From: Reyranella sp.
Lineage (GTDB): Bacteria > Pseudomonadota > Alphaproteobacteria > Reyranellales > Reyranellaceae
Direction: 5' to 3'
Assembly: GCA_035501235.1 (NCBI GenBank)
Contig: DATJWN010000361.1
Span: 11,948-75,947, forward strand
DNA length: 64,000 nucleotides
Of this stretch, positions 36,717 to 47,001 are shown piece by piece (positions within the stretch are counted from its first letter, which is position 1; every line of letters starts with the position of its first letter). The position numbers and the translations under genes were made by a program. A model generated the notes under the pieces. It made no database searches, had not been told where the DNA came from, and saw only the letters and a program-made list of their open reading frames with translations.

Positions 36717-38511
36717 CTGGCGCTTCGGCAAGCCCCGCGAAGCGGACTTCGAGCCGCTCCTGGCGTTGCGCATCGAGGTGATGCGCGAGCATCTGGAACG
36801 CGTGGGCCGCTTCACGCCCGAGCGCAGCCGCCGCGTCTTTCGCGGCCACTTCGACGAGCCCGGCTTGCGCCTGATCCTGGTCGGTGCGGAGACCGCGGGC
36901 TGCGTCGGCTTTCGCGTGGGACCCGAGTTCGTGACGCTCGATTCGTTCTATCTCGCCACGCGCTTCCAGAACGCGGGCCTGGGCTCGGCAATTTTCAAGA
37001 CGCTGCTGGCCGAAGCCGACACGCTCAAAAAGCCAATGCGCCTCGAAGTGCTGAAGCTGAGCCCTGCCGACCGCTTCTATCTGCGCCACGGTTTCTCGCC
37101 GATCGGCGAAGGCGAGCACGACGTGATGTTCGAGCGGTTGCCTGGACAGTCGCACGCGTCACTGCAGGCCTTGCTACCGCGCGAGGGCGGACACCAGTTC
37201 GTCGTCTACGGCGATTCCTGTTCGGGAATCGCTGGTGCGCCGCACGAGCGTACATTCGCTGGCATCAACGCCACGCTTCAAAGACTGTCGCCGCCCCCCG
37301 AGTTCGTCGTGTTCCTGGGCGATGAGATTGCCGGCCTGACCGCCAATCCAGACGAGCTGCGGGCGCAGTGGCGCCACTGGCACGAAAGGGAAATGGGCTG
37401 GCTCGACACCCGGACGATCCCGCTATGGCAGACCACCAGCAACCACACGACCTACGACAGGATGAGCGAAGCGGTGTTCAGTGAGATGCACGTGCACCTG
37501 CCGCGCAACGGGCCGCCGGGCCAGGAAGGCCTGTCCTATTGGGTACGCCGTGGCGATCTTCTGCTGGTTTGCGTGCACACGCTTTGGACAGGATTGGGTG
37601 GCGAAGGTCACGTCGAGACCCAGTGGCTGAACCGTGTGCTGCGCCAAAACGCCGACGCCCGATACAAGCTGGTCGCCGGCCATCATCCCGCGCACACAGT
37701 CAACGGCTTCGCGGGAGCCTATCAACGCGACATCGCTCCCGAGCACGCCTCGGCTTTCTGGGACACACTCGTGGACAATGGCGTGCTGGCCTATCTGTGC
37801 AGCCACATCCTCGCATTCGACGCCCAGGTACATCGCGGCGTCCTGCAGCTCTGCACCGCGGGCGCCGGTACTGCCCATCGTATGCCCGACGGCATCGAGT
37901 ATCTGCACGGCGTGCAGGCCGCACTCGACAGCGACGGGTTGCGCTACCAGGTGTTCGACAGCGACGGCCGCATCCGCGAGCGGCTGTCGTGGCCGGTTGC
38001 GCTGCCCGCCGTCGATCGATGGAAGATTTTGCCGACTGGCGAAGGCGAGGCAGCGGTAACGGGTGCGGCCAGCAGTAATCGAATCGTGGCTCTGCGGTTC
38101 ACCGGCCGCACCGCCGGGAACATCGCGGAGGCCCAGACCCTGCTCGCGGCTTTCTCGCCCGGGACGACCGCACCCTTGTGGATCGGCCTGCAAGGACCGG
38201 AGCAGAAATTGACCGTCGTCATCGGTCCCGAGCCGCGCCGCAGCCCGCACTATTGGATTGGCCCATCGCTCGCGTCCGAAGCAACCTTCGACCTCCGGCT
38301 GCTGATCCATACCGGCATGGGTCCCGGCGGCATCCTATGCTCGATCGGCGAGAACGGCCCCTGGTCGTCACTTGTCGCGGCTTCGGCGTGGGGCGCCGAG
38401 CGCCTCGCCTGGCCGGGCCGCTGGAATGTCGGTCACGGAGCGGAAGGCACAGATGACCGCCCGTTCCGAGGCACGTCGCTCGTTGCGTCCGTAACACTGC
38501 GCACGGCATGA
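36700..38511 (+). CDS. GNAT acetyltransferase fused to a calcineurin-like metallophosphoesterase with a C-terminal beta-rich domain
   Basis: One uninterrupted frame: GNAT (FYLATRFQNAGLGS, LEVLKLSPADRFYLRHGF), then YGDSCSG, FLGDEIAG, TSNHTTYD, VAGHHP, CSHILAFD; TTG start inferred. Confidence 0.75.
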   Translation: MPALPDWRFGKPREADFEPLLALRIEVMREHLERVGRFTPERSRRVFRGHFDEPGLRLILVGAETAGCVGFRVGPEFVTLDSFYLATRFQNAGLGSAIFKTLLAEADTLKKPMRLEVLKLSPADRFYLRHGFSPIGEGEHDVMFERLPGQSHASLQALLPREGGHQFVVYGDSCSGIAGAPHERTFAGINATLQRLSPPPEFVVFLGDEIAGLTANPDELRAQWRHWHEREMGWLDTRTIPLWQTTSNHTTYDRMSEAVFSEMHVHLPRNGPPGQEGLSYWVRRGDLLLVCVHTLWTGLGGEGHVETQWLNRVLRQNADARYKLVAGHHPAHTVNGFAGAYQRDIAPEHASAFWDTLVDNGVLAYLCSHILAFDAQVHRGVLQLCTAGAGTAHRMPDGIEYLHGVQAALDSDGLRYQVFDSDGRIRERLSWPVALPAVDRWKILPTGEGEAAVTGAASSNRIVALRFTGRTAGNIAEAQTLLAAFSPGTTAPLWIGLQGPEQKLTVVIGPEPRRSPHYWIGPSLASEATFDLRLLIHTGMGPGGILCSIGENGPWSSLVAASAWGAERLAWPGRWNVGHGAEGTDDRPFRGTSLVASVTLRTA

Positions 38512-38596
38512 CGGGTGGAGGAGTGTGACTCTGAGACTTTGGAGGGGGACAAACTCGGATCTGGTCAAGCCCGTCGGCCGATTGCCCCAGGGGGCA

Positions 38597-39202
38597 TCAG
38601 TCCCTACGCAGCATGAACACCGCCTGCTCGCCGATCAGGTTGGAGAGCAGGGGCGGCAGGTGGATGCGGTTGCTGTTGCGGTCGAGCACGATGGCGCGCT
38701 CGATGCGCACGCCCATGTCGCGGCAGAGCGCGCGGAAATCGTCGATGCTGCAGAGATGGATGTTGGGCGTGTCGTACCATTTGTGCGGCAAGGACGGCGT
38801 CTCGGGCATGCGCCCGCCGAACACCAGCCTGAACCGCACCTGCCAGTGCGCGAAATTCGGAAAGGACACGATCGCGCGCTTGCCCACGCGCAGCATCTGC
38901 TCCAGCACCCTGCGCGGTTCGCGCGTGGCCTGCAGGGTCTGGCTCAGGATCACATAGTCGAAGGCATCGTCGGGATAGTCGCGCAGGTCGGTGTCGGCGT
39001 CGCCCTGGATCACCGAAAGCCCGTTGGCGACGCAGGCGTTCACGCCGGCCTGGCTGAGCTCCATGCCGCGGGCATCGACGCTCTTGGCGACCAGCGAGGC
39101 GAGCAGCGCGCCGTCGCCGCAGCCGACGTCGAGCGCGCGGCCGCTCTGCACCATGTCGGCGATGATCTGCAGGTCGACGCGAATGGGGGCGGCGAGGCTC
39201 AT
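38597..39202 (-). CDS. metW: Methionine biosynthesis protein MetW
   Basis: [33 protein letters not shown]; coupled to metX. Confidence 0.95.
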   Translation of the reverse strand: MSLAAPIRVDLQIIADMVQSGRALDVGCGDGALLASLVAKSVDARGMELSQAGVNACVANGLSVIQGDADTDLRDYPDDAFDYVILSQTLQATREPRRVLEQMLRVGKRAIVSFPNFAHWQVRFRLVFGGRMPETPSLPHKWYDTPNIHLCSIDDFRALCRDMGVRIERAIVLDRNSNRIHLPPLLSNLIGEQAVFMLRRD

Positions 39203-40371
39203 GCGAGACCTCGCACGGCAGCCGCGCCCTTCAGGAAGCCCGCGAGCGTGCGGAACATCTCCGGCTCGTCGAGCAGGAAGGCGTCATGGCCCTTGTCGGT
39301 CTCGACCTCGACGAAGGAAACGTTGGCCGCCGCAGCGTTCAGCGCGTGCACGATGGCGCGGTTCTCGCGCGTCGGGAACAGCCAGTCCGAGGTGAAGGAG
39401 ATCGAGCAGAAGCGCGTGGAGCTGCCCTTGAAGGCGTTGGCCAGCACGCCGCCATGCGCGCCCGCGAGATCGAAATAGTCCATGGCGCGCGTGATGTAGA
39501 GGTAGCTGTTGGCGTCGAAGCGGTCGACGAAGGTCGAGCCCTGATGGCGGAGATAGCTCTCGACCTGGAAGTCGGCGTCGAAGCCGAAGCCCAGCGCGTT
39601 GCGGTCCTGCAGGTTGCGGCCGAACTTGCGCTGCAGCGCCTGCTCCGAAAGGTAGGTGATGTGCGCGGTCATGCGCGCCACCGCGAGCCCGCGCTCGGGC
39701 GCCGTGCCATGCAGGCGATAGTCGCCGCCCTTCCACTCGGGATCGGCCATGATCGCCTGGCGACCGACCTCGTGGAACGCGATGTTCTGCGCCGAATGAC
39801 GCGCGGCGCAGGCGATCGGCACGGCGGCGAAGACACGCCTGGGATAGCTCGCCGCCCACTCCAGCACCTGCATGCCGCCCATCGAGCCGCCGATCACGCA
39901 GAAGAGCTGCTCGATGCCGAGATGATCGATCAGGGCTGCCTGCGCGCGCACCATGTCGGCGATGGTCACCACCGGGAAGCGAAGGTTCCAGGGCTGGCCC
40001 GACGACGGGTCGCGCGCCAACGGCCCCGTGGTGCCCATGCAGCCGCCCAGCACGTTGGAGCAGATGATGAAGTAGCGCGCGGGGTCGAGCACCTTGCCCG
40101 GCCCCACCAGGCTCTCCCACCAGCCGGGCTTGCCGGTCACGGGGCTGTCGTCGGCGACGAACTGATCGCCCGTCAGCGCGTGGCAGATCAGCACGGCATT
40201 CGACTTCGCGGCATTGAGCGCGCCGTAGGTCTGGTAGGCGACGCGAAACGGCCCGAGATCGACGCCGCAGTCGAGCCGCATCGGCCGCTCGGTGCCCAGG
40301 ACCGCGTGGCGGCACTGGGCCAGCGCCTTGCGCTCGGCCTCGGTCAGCTCGTCCTTCAGATCGTCCAGCAC
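39199..40371 (-). CDS. metX: Homoserine O-acyltransferase
   Basis: CHALTGD, SNVLGGC, GGSMGGM, YLSE, GHDAFL; GTG start after GGAG. Confidence 0.96.
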   Translation of the reverse strand: MLDDLKDELTEAERKALAQCRHAVLGTERPMRLDCGVDLGPFRVAYQTYGALNAAKSNAVLICHALTGDQFVADDSPVTGKPGWWESLVGPGKVLDPARYFIICSNVLGGCMGTTGPLARDPSSGQPWNLRFPVVTIADMVRAQAALIDHLGIEQLFCVIGGSMGGMQVLEWAASYPRRVFAAVPIACAARHSAQNIAFHEVGRQAIMADPEWKGGDYRLHGTAPERGLAVARMTAHITYLSEQALQRKFGRNLQDRNALGFGFDADFQVESYLRHQGSTFVDRFDANSYLYITRAMDYFDLAGAHGGVLANAFKGSSTRFCSISFTSDWLFPTRENRAIVHALNAAAANVSFVEVETDKGHDAFLLDEPEMFRTLAGFLKGAAAVRGLA

Positions 40372-40385
40372 AGCGCTCTCCAAAC

Positions 40386-40419
40386 GAAAAGCCCCCGACC
40401 GACAGGACGGGGGCTTTTT
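40386..40419 (-). terminator. Intrinsic terminator (attenuator) in the metX leader
   Basis: AAAAGCCCCCG-loop-CGGGGGCUUUUCGUUU between the riboswitch and the ribosome-binding site. Confidence 0.8.
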
Positions 40420-40427
40420 CGAGCGCT

Positions 40428-40484
40428 CCGACCTTTTAGCGGGGATTAACGTGGCCGCAAGCCGGTCGGCTCAAATTCCACGGA
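40428..40484 (-). promoter_or_regulatory. SAM-II (SAM-alpha) riboswitch upstream of metXW
   Basis: CGUGG-AAUUUGAGCCGACCGGCUUGCGG-CCACG-UUAAUCCCC-GCUAAAA-GGUCGG; P1 stem plus CCGACC/GGUCGG pseudoknot pairing. Confidence 0.9.
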
Positions 40485-40585
40485 TGGGCCTCTATAAGGG
40501 CCGCACCCGCGCCTTGCAACGGCTTTCCTTTGCGCCCGCTCCCCGGACGTAGTATCGCCTCGCCCGCACAGGACTTTACCGATTT

Positions 40586-41437
40586 ATGGACGCGCCCGAC
40601 CTCGACAAGCTGCGGCAGGAAATCGACGCCATAGACGGCGATCTCCACGGCCTGATCCGCCGCCGCGCCTCCCTGGTGGGCCGCATCGCCGATGCCAAGC
40701 CGGCGGGCGGGCTTGCGCTCCGCCCCGGCCGCGAGGCGCAGATCATGCGCAAACGCCTCGCCACCCATGACGGCAGCTTTCCCGCCTCGGCGGTCTTTCG
40801 CATGTGGCGCGAGATGATGAGCTCCTTCGCGCTGATGCAGACGCCGGGCCTGCGCATCGCCGTCTGCCGGCCGGCCGACCAGCCGGGCTACTGGGACGTG
40901 GCGCGCGATCACTTCGGCTGCCAGATCCCGATGGTGGGTTTTGCCTCGCCGGCGCAAGTGCTGGCCGAGGTGCGCGCCCATCCGACGACCATCGGGGTCG
41001 TGCCGGCGCCGATCGAAGCCGATACCGCGCCGTGGTGGCCGCTGCTGGCGAGCGGCGAACCCACCTTGCCGAACGTCGTCGCCCGACTGCCGTTCCTCGC
41101 CATGCCCAACGCCCGCGCGCGCGACCTCTCCGCCGTCGTGCTGGCGCGGCTGGAACCCGAGGAAAGCGGCGACGATCGCAGCCTGATCGCGATCGAGGCC
41201 CCACAGTCGATCAGCCGCACGCGCATTTCCGGCGCGCTGGCGAAGGCAGGCCTGCCCGCCTTCATCTCGGCGCTGGACCAGCCCGCGGCCGGCATGCATC
41301 ACTATCTGCTCGAATTGCCGCAAGTCATCGCCGATCGCGATGACCGCCTGCGCGGCGTCGAGACGGCCCTGGGGCTGGACCGCGGCAGCGTCGCCGCGAT
41401 CGGCGCCTATGCCGTGCCTGCCACTCACCGACCCTAG
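40586..41437 (+). CDS. Chorismate mutase (alphaproteobacterial long form)
   Basis: LDKLRQEIDAIDGDLHGLIRRR, RPGREA, ARDHFG; head of the CM-hisC-tyrA operon. Confidence 0.88.
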   Translation: MDAPDLDKLRQEIDAIDGDLHGLIRRRASLVGRIADAKPAGGLALRPGREAQIMRKRLATHDGSFPASAVFRMWREMMSSFALMQTPGLRIAVCRPADQPGYWDVARDHFGCQIPMVGFASPAQVLAEVRAHPTTIGVVPAPIEADTAPWWPLLASGEPTLPNVVARLPFLAMPNARARDLSAVVLARLEPEESGDDRSLIAIEAPQSISRTRISGALAKAGLPAFISALDQPAAGMHHYLLELPQVIADRDDRLRGVETALGLDRGSVAAIGAYAVPATHRP

Positions 41438-41447
41438 GGAGATTGCC

Positions 41448-42539
41448 ATGAGCGCGCTCACCCCGCGTCCCGGCATCATGAAGATTGCGCCTTATGTTCC
41501 GGGCAAGGACTCGGTCGATGGCAAGGAGCCGATCGCCAAGCTCTCCTCGAACGAGAGCGCGATGGGCCCCTCGCCCAAGGCGATGGCCGCCTACACCAAG
41601 GTGGCGGCCGAACTGCATCGCTATCCCGACGGCGGCGCGGAGAAGCTGCGCGCGGCGATCGGCCGGCGCTACGGTCTCGATCCCGCGCGCATCGTCTGCG
41701 GCTGCGGCTCCGACGAGCTGCTCAATCTCCTGATCCGTGCCTATTGCGGACAGGGCGACGAGCTCATCTACAGCCAGTACGGCTTCCTGATGTATCCGAT
41801 CAACGCGCTGGGCGTGGGCGCCATGCCGGTCGCGGCGCCGGAGAAGGACTACCGTGTCGACGTCGATGCCATGCTCGCCAAGGTCACGGACCGGACCCGC
41901 ATCGTGGCGATCGTCAATCCGAACAATCCGACCGGCAGCTACCTCACCAAGGACGAGGTGCGGCGCCTGCACGCCGGCCTGCCCAAGAACGTGCTGCTGA
42001 TCATCGACGCGGCCTATGCCGAGTATGTGAGCCGCAACGACTACGAGTCGGGCATCTCGCTGATCGACCAGGCCGACAACATCGTGATGACGCGCACCTT
42101 CTCGAAGGTCTATGCGCTGGGCGCGCTGCGCGTGGGCTGGATGTACGGCCCGCCCGGCGTGGTCGACGTGATCGCCCGCCTGCGCCAGCCCTTCAACGTC
42201 AATGCCGCAGCGCAAGCCGCCGCCGTCGCGGCCCTGGACGACATTGCGCACACCGACGCCAGCCGCACCAACAACGACATCTGGCTGCCCTGGTTCGCCA
42301 ACGAATGCACCAAGCTCGGCCTCAAGCCGCTGCCGAGCGTCGCCAACTTCATTTCCGTGGGCTTCGGCTCGGGCGAACGCGCCGCCAAAGCCAATGACTG
42401 GCTGATGAAGGACGGGCTGATCCAGCGCATGATCGCCGGCTACGGCATGCCCGAGTATCTCCGCATCACCATCGGCACCGAGAAGGAAATGAAGCTGGTG
42501 CAGGAAAGCCTCGCCCGCTTCGTCGCCGCTCACAAATGA
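41448..42539 (+). CDS. hisC: Histidinol-phosphate/aromatic aminotransferase
   Basis: KLSSNES, YPD, GSDE, NPNNPTG, DAAYAEY, RTFSKVYALGALRVGW. Confidence 0.95.
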   Translation: MSALTPRPGIMKIAPYVPGKDSVDGKEPIAKLSSNESAMGPSPKAMAAYTKVAAELHRYPDGGAEKLRAAIGRRYGLDPARIVCGCGSDELLNLLIRAYCGQGDELIYSQYGFLMYPINALGVGAMPVAAPEKDYRVDVDAMLAKVTDRTRIVAIVNPNNPTGSYLTKDEVRRLHAGLPKNVLLIIDAAYAEYVSRNDYESGISLIDQADNIVMTRTFSKVYALGALRVGWMYGPPGVVDVIARLRQPFNVNAAAQAAAVAALDDIAHTDASRTNNDIWLPWFANECTKLGLKPLPSVANFISVGFGSGERAAKANDWLMKDGLIQRMIAGYGMPEYLRITIGTEKEMKLVQESLARFVAAHK

Positions 42540-43432
42540 GCGCGGCCCCAACTTGGCCGATGTTCGACAAGATCGCGCTGATCGGCATCGGCCTGATCGG
42601 CGGATCGATCGCGCTCGAAGCGAGGAAGCGCGGGCTCGCCCGGTCGATCGTCGCGGCGACGCGCAGTCCTGCGACAGCGGCCCGCGCCAACGAGCTCGGG
42701 CTCGCCGATCATTGCGGCACCGATCTCGCCGCCGCCGTCGAGGGCGCCGATCTGGTGATCGTCTGCACGCCGGTCGGCGCCTGCGGTCCGGCGACCCGGA
42801 CGATCGCGCCCAGGCTCAAGCCAGGCTGCATCGTGTCCGACGTGGGCTCGGTCAAGCAGACCGTGATCGCCGACATGGCGCCGCATATCCCGAAGGGCGT
42901 GCACTTCGTGCCGGCGCATCCCGTGGCGGGCACGGAGAATTCCGGCCCCGATGCCGCGCTGCTCGACCTCTTCCAGGGCCGCTGGTGCATCCTCACGCCG
43001 CTGCCCGACAGCGATCCCGCCGCCGTCGACAGGCTCCACGCCTTCTGGAAGGCGCTGGGCAGCGACGTGAACCGGCTCGATCCGGCCAACCACGATCGCG
43101 TGCTGGCCATCATCTCGCACCTGCCTCATCTCATTGCCTACACGATCGTCGGCACCGCGGACGATCTCGGCGGCCATCTCAACACCGAGGTGCTGAAGTA
43201 CGCCGCCGGCGGCTTCCGCGACTTCACGCGCATCGCGGCCTCCGATCCCACCATGTGGCGCGACATCTTCATGAGCAACAAGGAGGCGGTGCTCGAGGTG
43301 CTGCAGCGCTTCCAGGAAGACCTGTTCTACCTGCAGCGCGCCATCCGCTGGGGCGAAGCCGACAAGCTGTTCGACCTCTTCACCCGCACGCGCGAGATCC
43401 GCCGCGCGCTGATCCATCTCCATCAAGAGTGA
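42536..43432 (+). CDS. tyrA: Prephenate/cyclohexadienyl dehydrogenase
   Basis: IGIGLIGGS, SDVGSVK, HPVAGTE, SHLPHL, AGGFRDFTRIA. Confidence 0.94.
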   Translation: MSAAPTWPMFDKIALIGIGLIGGSIALEARKRGLARSIVAATRSPATAARANELGLADHCGTDLAAAVEGADLVIVCTPVGACGPATRTIAPRLKPGCIVSDVGSVKQTVIADMAPHIPKGVHFVPAHPVAGTENSGPDAALLDLFQGRWCILTPLPDSDPAAVDRLHAFWKALGSDVNRLDPANHDRVLAIISHLPHLIAYTIVGTADDLGGHLNTEVLKYAAGGFRDFTRIAASDPTMWRDIFMSNKEAVLEVLQRFQEDLFYLQRAIRWGEADKLFDLFTRTREIRRALIHLHQE

Positions 43433-43959
43433 GCGCGCGCAAGCCCCACTGGGTCTTCGCCTACGGCTCGCTGATGTGGAACCCGGGTTTCGCCGTCCGC
43501 GAGACTCAATCGGCGCGGCTACACGGCTTCCATCGCGCCTTCTGCATCTACTCCGAGCACTATCGCGGCACGCCCGCGAAGCCCGGCCTGATCCTCGGCC
43601 TGCTGGCGGGCGGCTCCTGCCGTGGCCTGGCACATCGCCTGCCTGCCGCTTCGTACGAAAAGGTACGACGCTATCTCTGGACGCGCGAGATCGAGAATGA
43701 CGGCGTCTATGTCGAGGAGACGCGGCCGATTCATCTCGCCGACGGCAGCACGGTGCAATCGCTGGTCTATCTTGCCGACCGCGCCCACCGCCAGTTCGCG
43801 GGCAAGCTGCCGCTCGCCAAGGCGCTGAAGCTCGTGCGGCAGGGCAAGGGCGCCACGGGCACCAATCTCGACTATGTCCGCAACACGCTCGCGCACCTGC
43901 GCGAGCTCAGGCTTCGCGACGCGCCCCTCGAAGAGATGGCGCGCCGGCTCGGCGTGTAG
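43429..43959 (+). CDS. chaC: Gamma-glutamylcyclotransferase (ChaC family)
   Basis: WVFAYGSLMWNPGF, YRGTPAKPGL.LGL, GTNLDY; GTG start overlapping the tyrA stop. Confidence 0.9.
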   Translation: MSARKPHWVFAYGSLMWNPGFAVRETQSARLHGFHRAFCIYSEHYRGTPAKPGLILGLLAGGSCRGLAHRLPAASYEKVRRYLWTREIENDGVYVEETRPIHLADGSTVQSLVYLADRAHRQFAGKLPLAKALKLVRQGKGATGTNLDYVRNTLAHLRELRLRDAPLEEMARRLGV

Positions 43960-44055
43960 GCGCGACAGTTCTTCGTTGAATTTGCCGTCGGCCCGCCTCT
44001 GGCGCCGCTTCGCTGCGGGAAGCGGGCCGACGGACAGAGCAAAAGCTGTCCCGCT

Positions 44056-44676
44056 TCAGTGGTTGCCGGCGAAGATCGCCTTGACGATGAAGCGCCATTC
44101 CTCGCGCGCCTGGTCGACGGTGAGGCCGAGCCGCTCGCGCAGCACGATCCAGCTCTCCGGCGTCAGCGACATGGCGAGCGCGTTGATCGCCCGCTCGCGC
44201 CGCTCGCCCGGAAGGGAGGCCAGCTCCTGGTCGAAGGACTTGCAGATTTCCTCGCGGTTCTCCGCGTAGATCTGGCGGGTCTTGTCGGCAGCCTCGGACG
44301 AGCGCTGGCGCAACGCCTCGACGAAAGTCCACATCGGCCGCAACTTTTCATAGCGCGCGGCGCGAATGGCGATGACGCCGGCAATACGCTCGTCGAGCGC
44401 CGACATCGCGCCGTCCTGCGCCGGCTCGTTCGCCATCGTACCGAGCACTCGGCTCAGCACCGCGACATAGAGCTCGGCGGTGTCGGCGAAATGCTGGAAA
44501 ACGGTGCGCGCCGAGACGCCGGCGAGTTTGGCGATGTCGCGCACGATCGGCGCCACCTCGCCTTCCATTGCCAGCGACAGGGTCGAGGAAACGATCGCTT
44601 CGCGTGTGCGGGCGACCCTGTCGCCACGACCGGCGGGCTGGGCTTGCGGCTGACGGCTCGTCAATTCGACTTCCAT
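44056..44676 (-). CDS. TetR/AcrR family regulator, paralog of 9911..10561
   Basis: RTREAIVSSTLSL...PIVRDIAKLAGVSARTVFQHF. Confidence 0.9.
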   Translation of the reverse strand: MEVELTSRQPQAQPAGRGDRVARTREAIVSSTLSLAMEGEVAPIVRDIAKLAGVSARTVFQHFADTAELYVAVLSRVLGTMANEPAQDGAMSALDERIAGVIAIRAARYEKLRPMWTFVEALRQRSSEAADKTRQIYAENREEICKSFDQELASLPGERRERAINALAMSLTPESWIVLRERLGLTVDQAREEWRFIVKAIFAGNH

Positions 44677-44821
44677 GCTTGGTTCCCCCGGCGCATGCCG
44701 AACTACGTGTCTGTTAGTCTAATAGGTGCAACTCGCCCCAATTGCCATCGCATACGAAGCAACTCGCGATATCATCCCCGAAGTTTTTCGCGTAAGCATT
44801 TCGTAAGGTGACGGTGCCAAC

Positions 44822-45976
44822 ATGACTGAGAAAGACTTCGCGCCAGCGTCTCTTGCAGCCCAAGCCATGGGCTGGATCGATCCGGTGACGAAGGCCGTCG
44901 TGCCGCCGATCCACATGGCGAGCACGTATCAGCGCGACGACGATAACGGCTATCGCTCCGGCCGGATTTATGCGCGCGCGGACAATCCGACATTCGATCA
45001 GGCGGAGGCGACCCTTGCGGCGCTCGAGCGCGGCGCGAAGGCCCTCGTCTTCTCGTCGGGCATGAGCGCGGCGACGACGTGTTTCCTGGCGCTCGCGCCC
45101 GGCGACCATGTCGTGGTGCCCAAGGTCATGTACTGGTCGCTGCGCAACTGGCTCAACACCTTCGCCACGCACTGGGGCCTCAAGATCGACTTCGTCGATG
45201 CCGACAGGACCGACGCCATCGCCGCGGCGGTGAGGCCGGGCGCCACCAAGCTCGTCTGGCTCGAGACGCCGGCCAACCCGACCTGGAGCGTCAGCGACAT
45301 CGCCGCGACGGCGGAGATCGCGCACAAGGCGGGGGCATGGCTCGCCGTCGATTCCACCGTCGCCACGCCCGTCCTCACGCGCCCGATCGAGCATGGCGCC
45401 GACATCGTCATGCATTCGGCGACCAAGTACCTGAACGGCCATTCCGACATCATCGCCGGTGCCCTGGTCGGTGCGCACGACGACGAGCATTGGGCGCGGC
45501 TGCGCCTGATCCGCGCCCAGCTCGGCACCATCCTCGGCCAGACCGAGGCCTGGCTGCTGATGCGCGGCATGCGCACGCTCTTCCCGAGAGTCGCCTGGGC
45601 CTGCCGCTCGGCGCAGATGCTCGCCGAGAAATTCGCCGCGCATCCGATGGTGGCCGAGGTGCTCTATCCCGGCCTGCCGTCGTTTGCAGGACATGCGGCC
45701 GCGAAGAAACAGATGAAGGGCGGCTTCAGCGGCATGCTCTCGATCCGCGTCAAGGGCGGCGAGCGCGGCGCCATTGCCACGGCGGCGCGCGTCGAGCTCT
45801 GGAAGCGCGCGACGTCGCTCGGCGGCGTCGAAAGCCTGATCGAGCATCGCGCCAGCATCGAAGGCGCCGGCACGCCCTGCCCGCCGGACTTGCTGCGGCT
45901 ATCGGTTGGCGTCGAGGAAGCGAGCGATCTCTACGACGATCTCGATAAGGCACTCAAACGGGCGCACAATTCATAG
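44822..45976 (+). CDS. PLP-dependent Cys/Met metabolism enzyme (cystathionine gamma-synthase/lyase family)
   Basis: PPIHMASTY, FSSGMSA, WLETPANP, SATKYLNGHSD, SLGGVESLIEH. Confidence 0.92.
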   Translation: MTEKDFAPASLAAQAMGWIDPVTKAVVPPIHMASTYQRDDDNGYRSGRIYARADNPTFDQAEATLAALERGAKALVFSSGMSAATTCFLALAPGDHVVVPKVMYWSLRNWLNTFATHWGLKIDFVDADRTDAIAAAVRPGATKLVWLETPANPTWSVSDIAATAEIAHKAGAWLAVDSTVATPVLTRPIEHGADIVMHSATKYLNGHSDIIAGALVGAHDDEHWARLRLIRAQLGTILGQTEAWLLMRGMRTLFPRVAWACRSAQMLAEKFAAHPMVAEVLYPGLPSFAGHAAAKKQMKGGFSGMLSIRVKGGERGAIATAARVELWKRATSLGGVESLIEHRASIEGAGTPCPPDLLRLSVGVEEASDLYDDLDKALKRAHNS

Positions 45977-45982
45977 TCTTCT

Positions 45983-46039
45983 GGACCGCGAGCCTCCGGC
46001 TCGCCTCATGAGCTTGAGCGAGCTGGAAGCTCGCGGTCC
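45983..46039. repeat. REP-like palindromic hairpin between convergent genes
   Basis: GGACCGCGAGC...GCTCGC-loop-GCGAGC...GCTCGCGGTCC. Confidence 0.75.
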
Positions 46040-47001
46040 TAGAGAGAAAAGCCGTCTTTCAGAGGATCATCGGCGTCGAAGCGGAACCGGCTCTCGCCCG
46101 TGTAGTGGGCGATGCCGCCCACCTCGACGATCACCGATTTGCGCGGACCGACCGCCGGTCCCTCGCGCAATGCCTTGCCGGTGAAGATCGAGCCGGTGCA
46201 ACTCTCAAAGCGCCTCTCCTCGCCGAGCTTCGCCTCGCGTCGAGCGACCTGCAGCGCCATGCGCGCACTGACGCCGCTGCCGGTCGGGCTGCGATCGACC
46301 TGGCGGCCGGCGAAGATGCAGACATTGCGGCTCGGCGAGATCTGGCCGTCCGTCAGGATGGTGCCGTAGAGGAACGCAAGGTCGGGCTCGGACGGGTGCT
46401 CGATCGGCATGGCCTTGGCGACCGCCTTCGCGATCTCCTCGCCTGCATCGGTGATTGTCCGCATGGGCGACGATTTGAGATCGAGGCCGATCGAATCGGC
46501 GGCGAGGAACGCGTAGAAGGCGCCGCCGTAAGCGACATCGACCGTCACCGGCCCCCAGGCCGCGGTCGGCGCCACGCGATCGAGCGCATAGGCGAAGGAC
46601 GGCACGCTCTCGAAGCGCACCCAACCATCCTTCTCGACCGTCGCGACCACGAGGCCGCAGGGACATTGCAGGCGGACCGTCGGACCCTTCACTCGCCCGC
46701 TGTCGACGGCCCAACGCGCCAAGGCGATGGTCGCGTGACCGCACATGGTCGAATAGCCCTCATTGTGCATGAACAGCACGGCGAAATCGGCCTCGGGATG
46801 GTCGGGCTCGACCAGCAGAGCGCCGTACATGCTGTCATGGCCGCGCGGCTCCAGCATCAGGCCGCGGCGCAGATGATCGTGCTTCTCCAGGCATTCGCGC
46901 CGCTTGCCGAGCAAGGTCGGCGCCGCGAGCTTCGGCCAGCCGTCGAGCACGATGCGCGTCGGCTCGCCGCCGGTGTGCATCTCCACCGTCGAGACGATCA
47001 T
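46039..47001 (-). CDS. Proline racemase family protein, Cys/Thr type (probable trans-3-hydroxy-L-proline dehydratase)
   Basis: MHTGGEPTRI, EPRGHDSMYG, STMCGHATI, DRSPTGSG. Confidence 0.85.
   Translation of the reverse strand: MIVSTVEMHTGGEPTRIVLDGWPKLAAPTLLGKRRECLEKHDHLRRGLMLEPRGHDSMYGALLVEPDHPEADFAVLFMHNEGYSTMCGHATIALARWAVDSGRVKGPTVRLQCPCGLVVATVEKDGWVRFESVPSFAYALDRVAPTAAWGPVTVDVAYGGAFYAFLAADSIGLDLKSSPMRTITDAGEEIAKAVAKAMPIEHPSEPDLAFLYGTILTDGQISPSRNVCIFAGRQVDRSPTGSGVSARMALQVARREAKLGEERRFESCTGSIFTGKALREGPAVGPRKSVIVEVGGIAHYTGESRFRFDADDPLKDGFSL

Noticed and set aside
44727-44768. Short direct repeat GCAACTCGC in the tetR/PLP-enzyme divergent spacer
   Set aside because: A 9-nt two-copy GC-rich repeat is plausible by chance, and TetR operators are usually palindromic.
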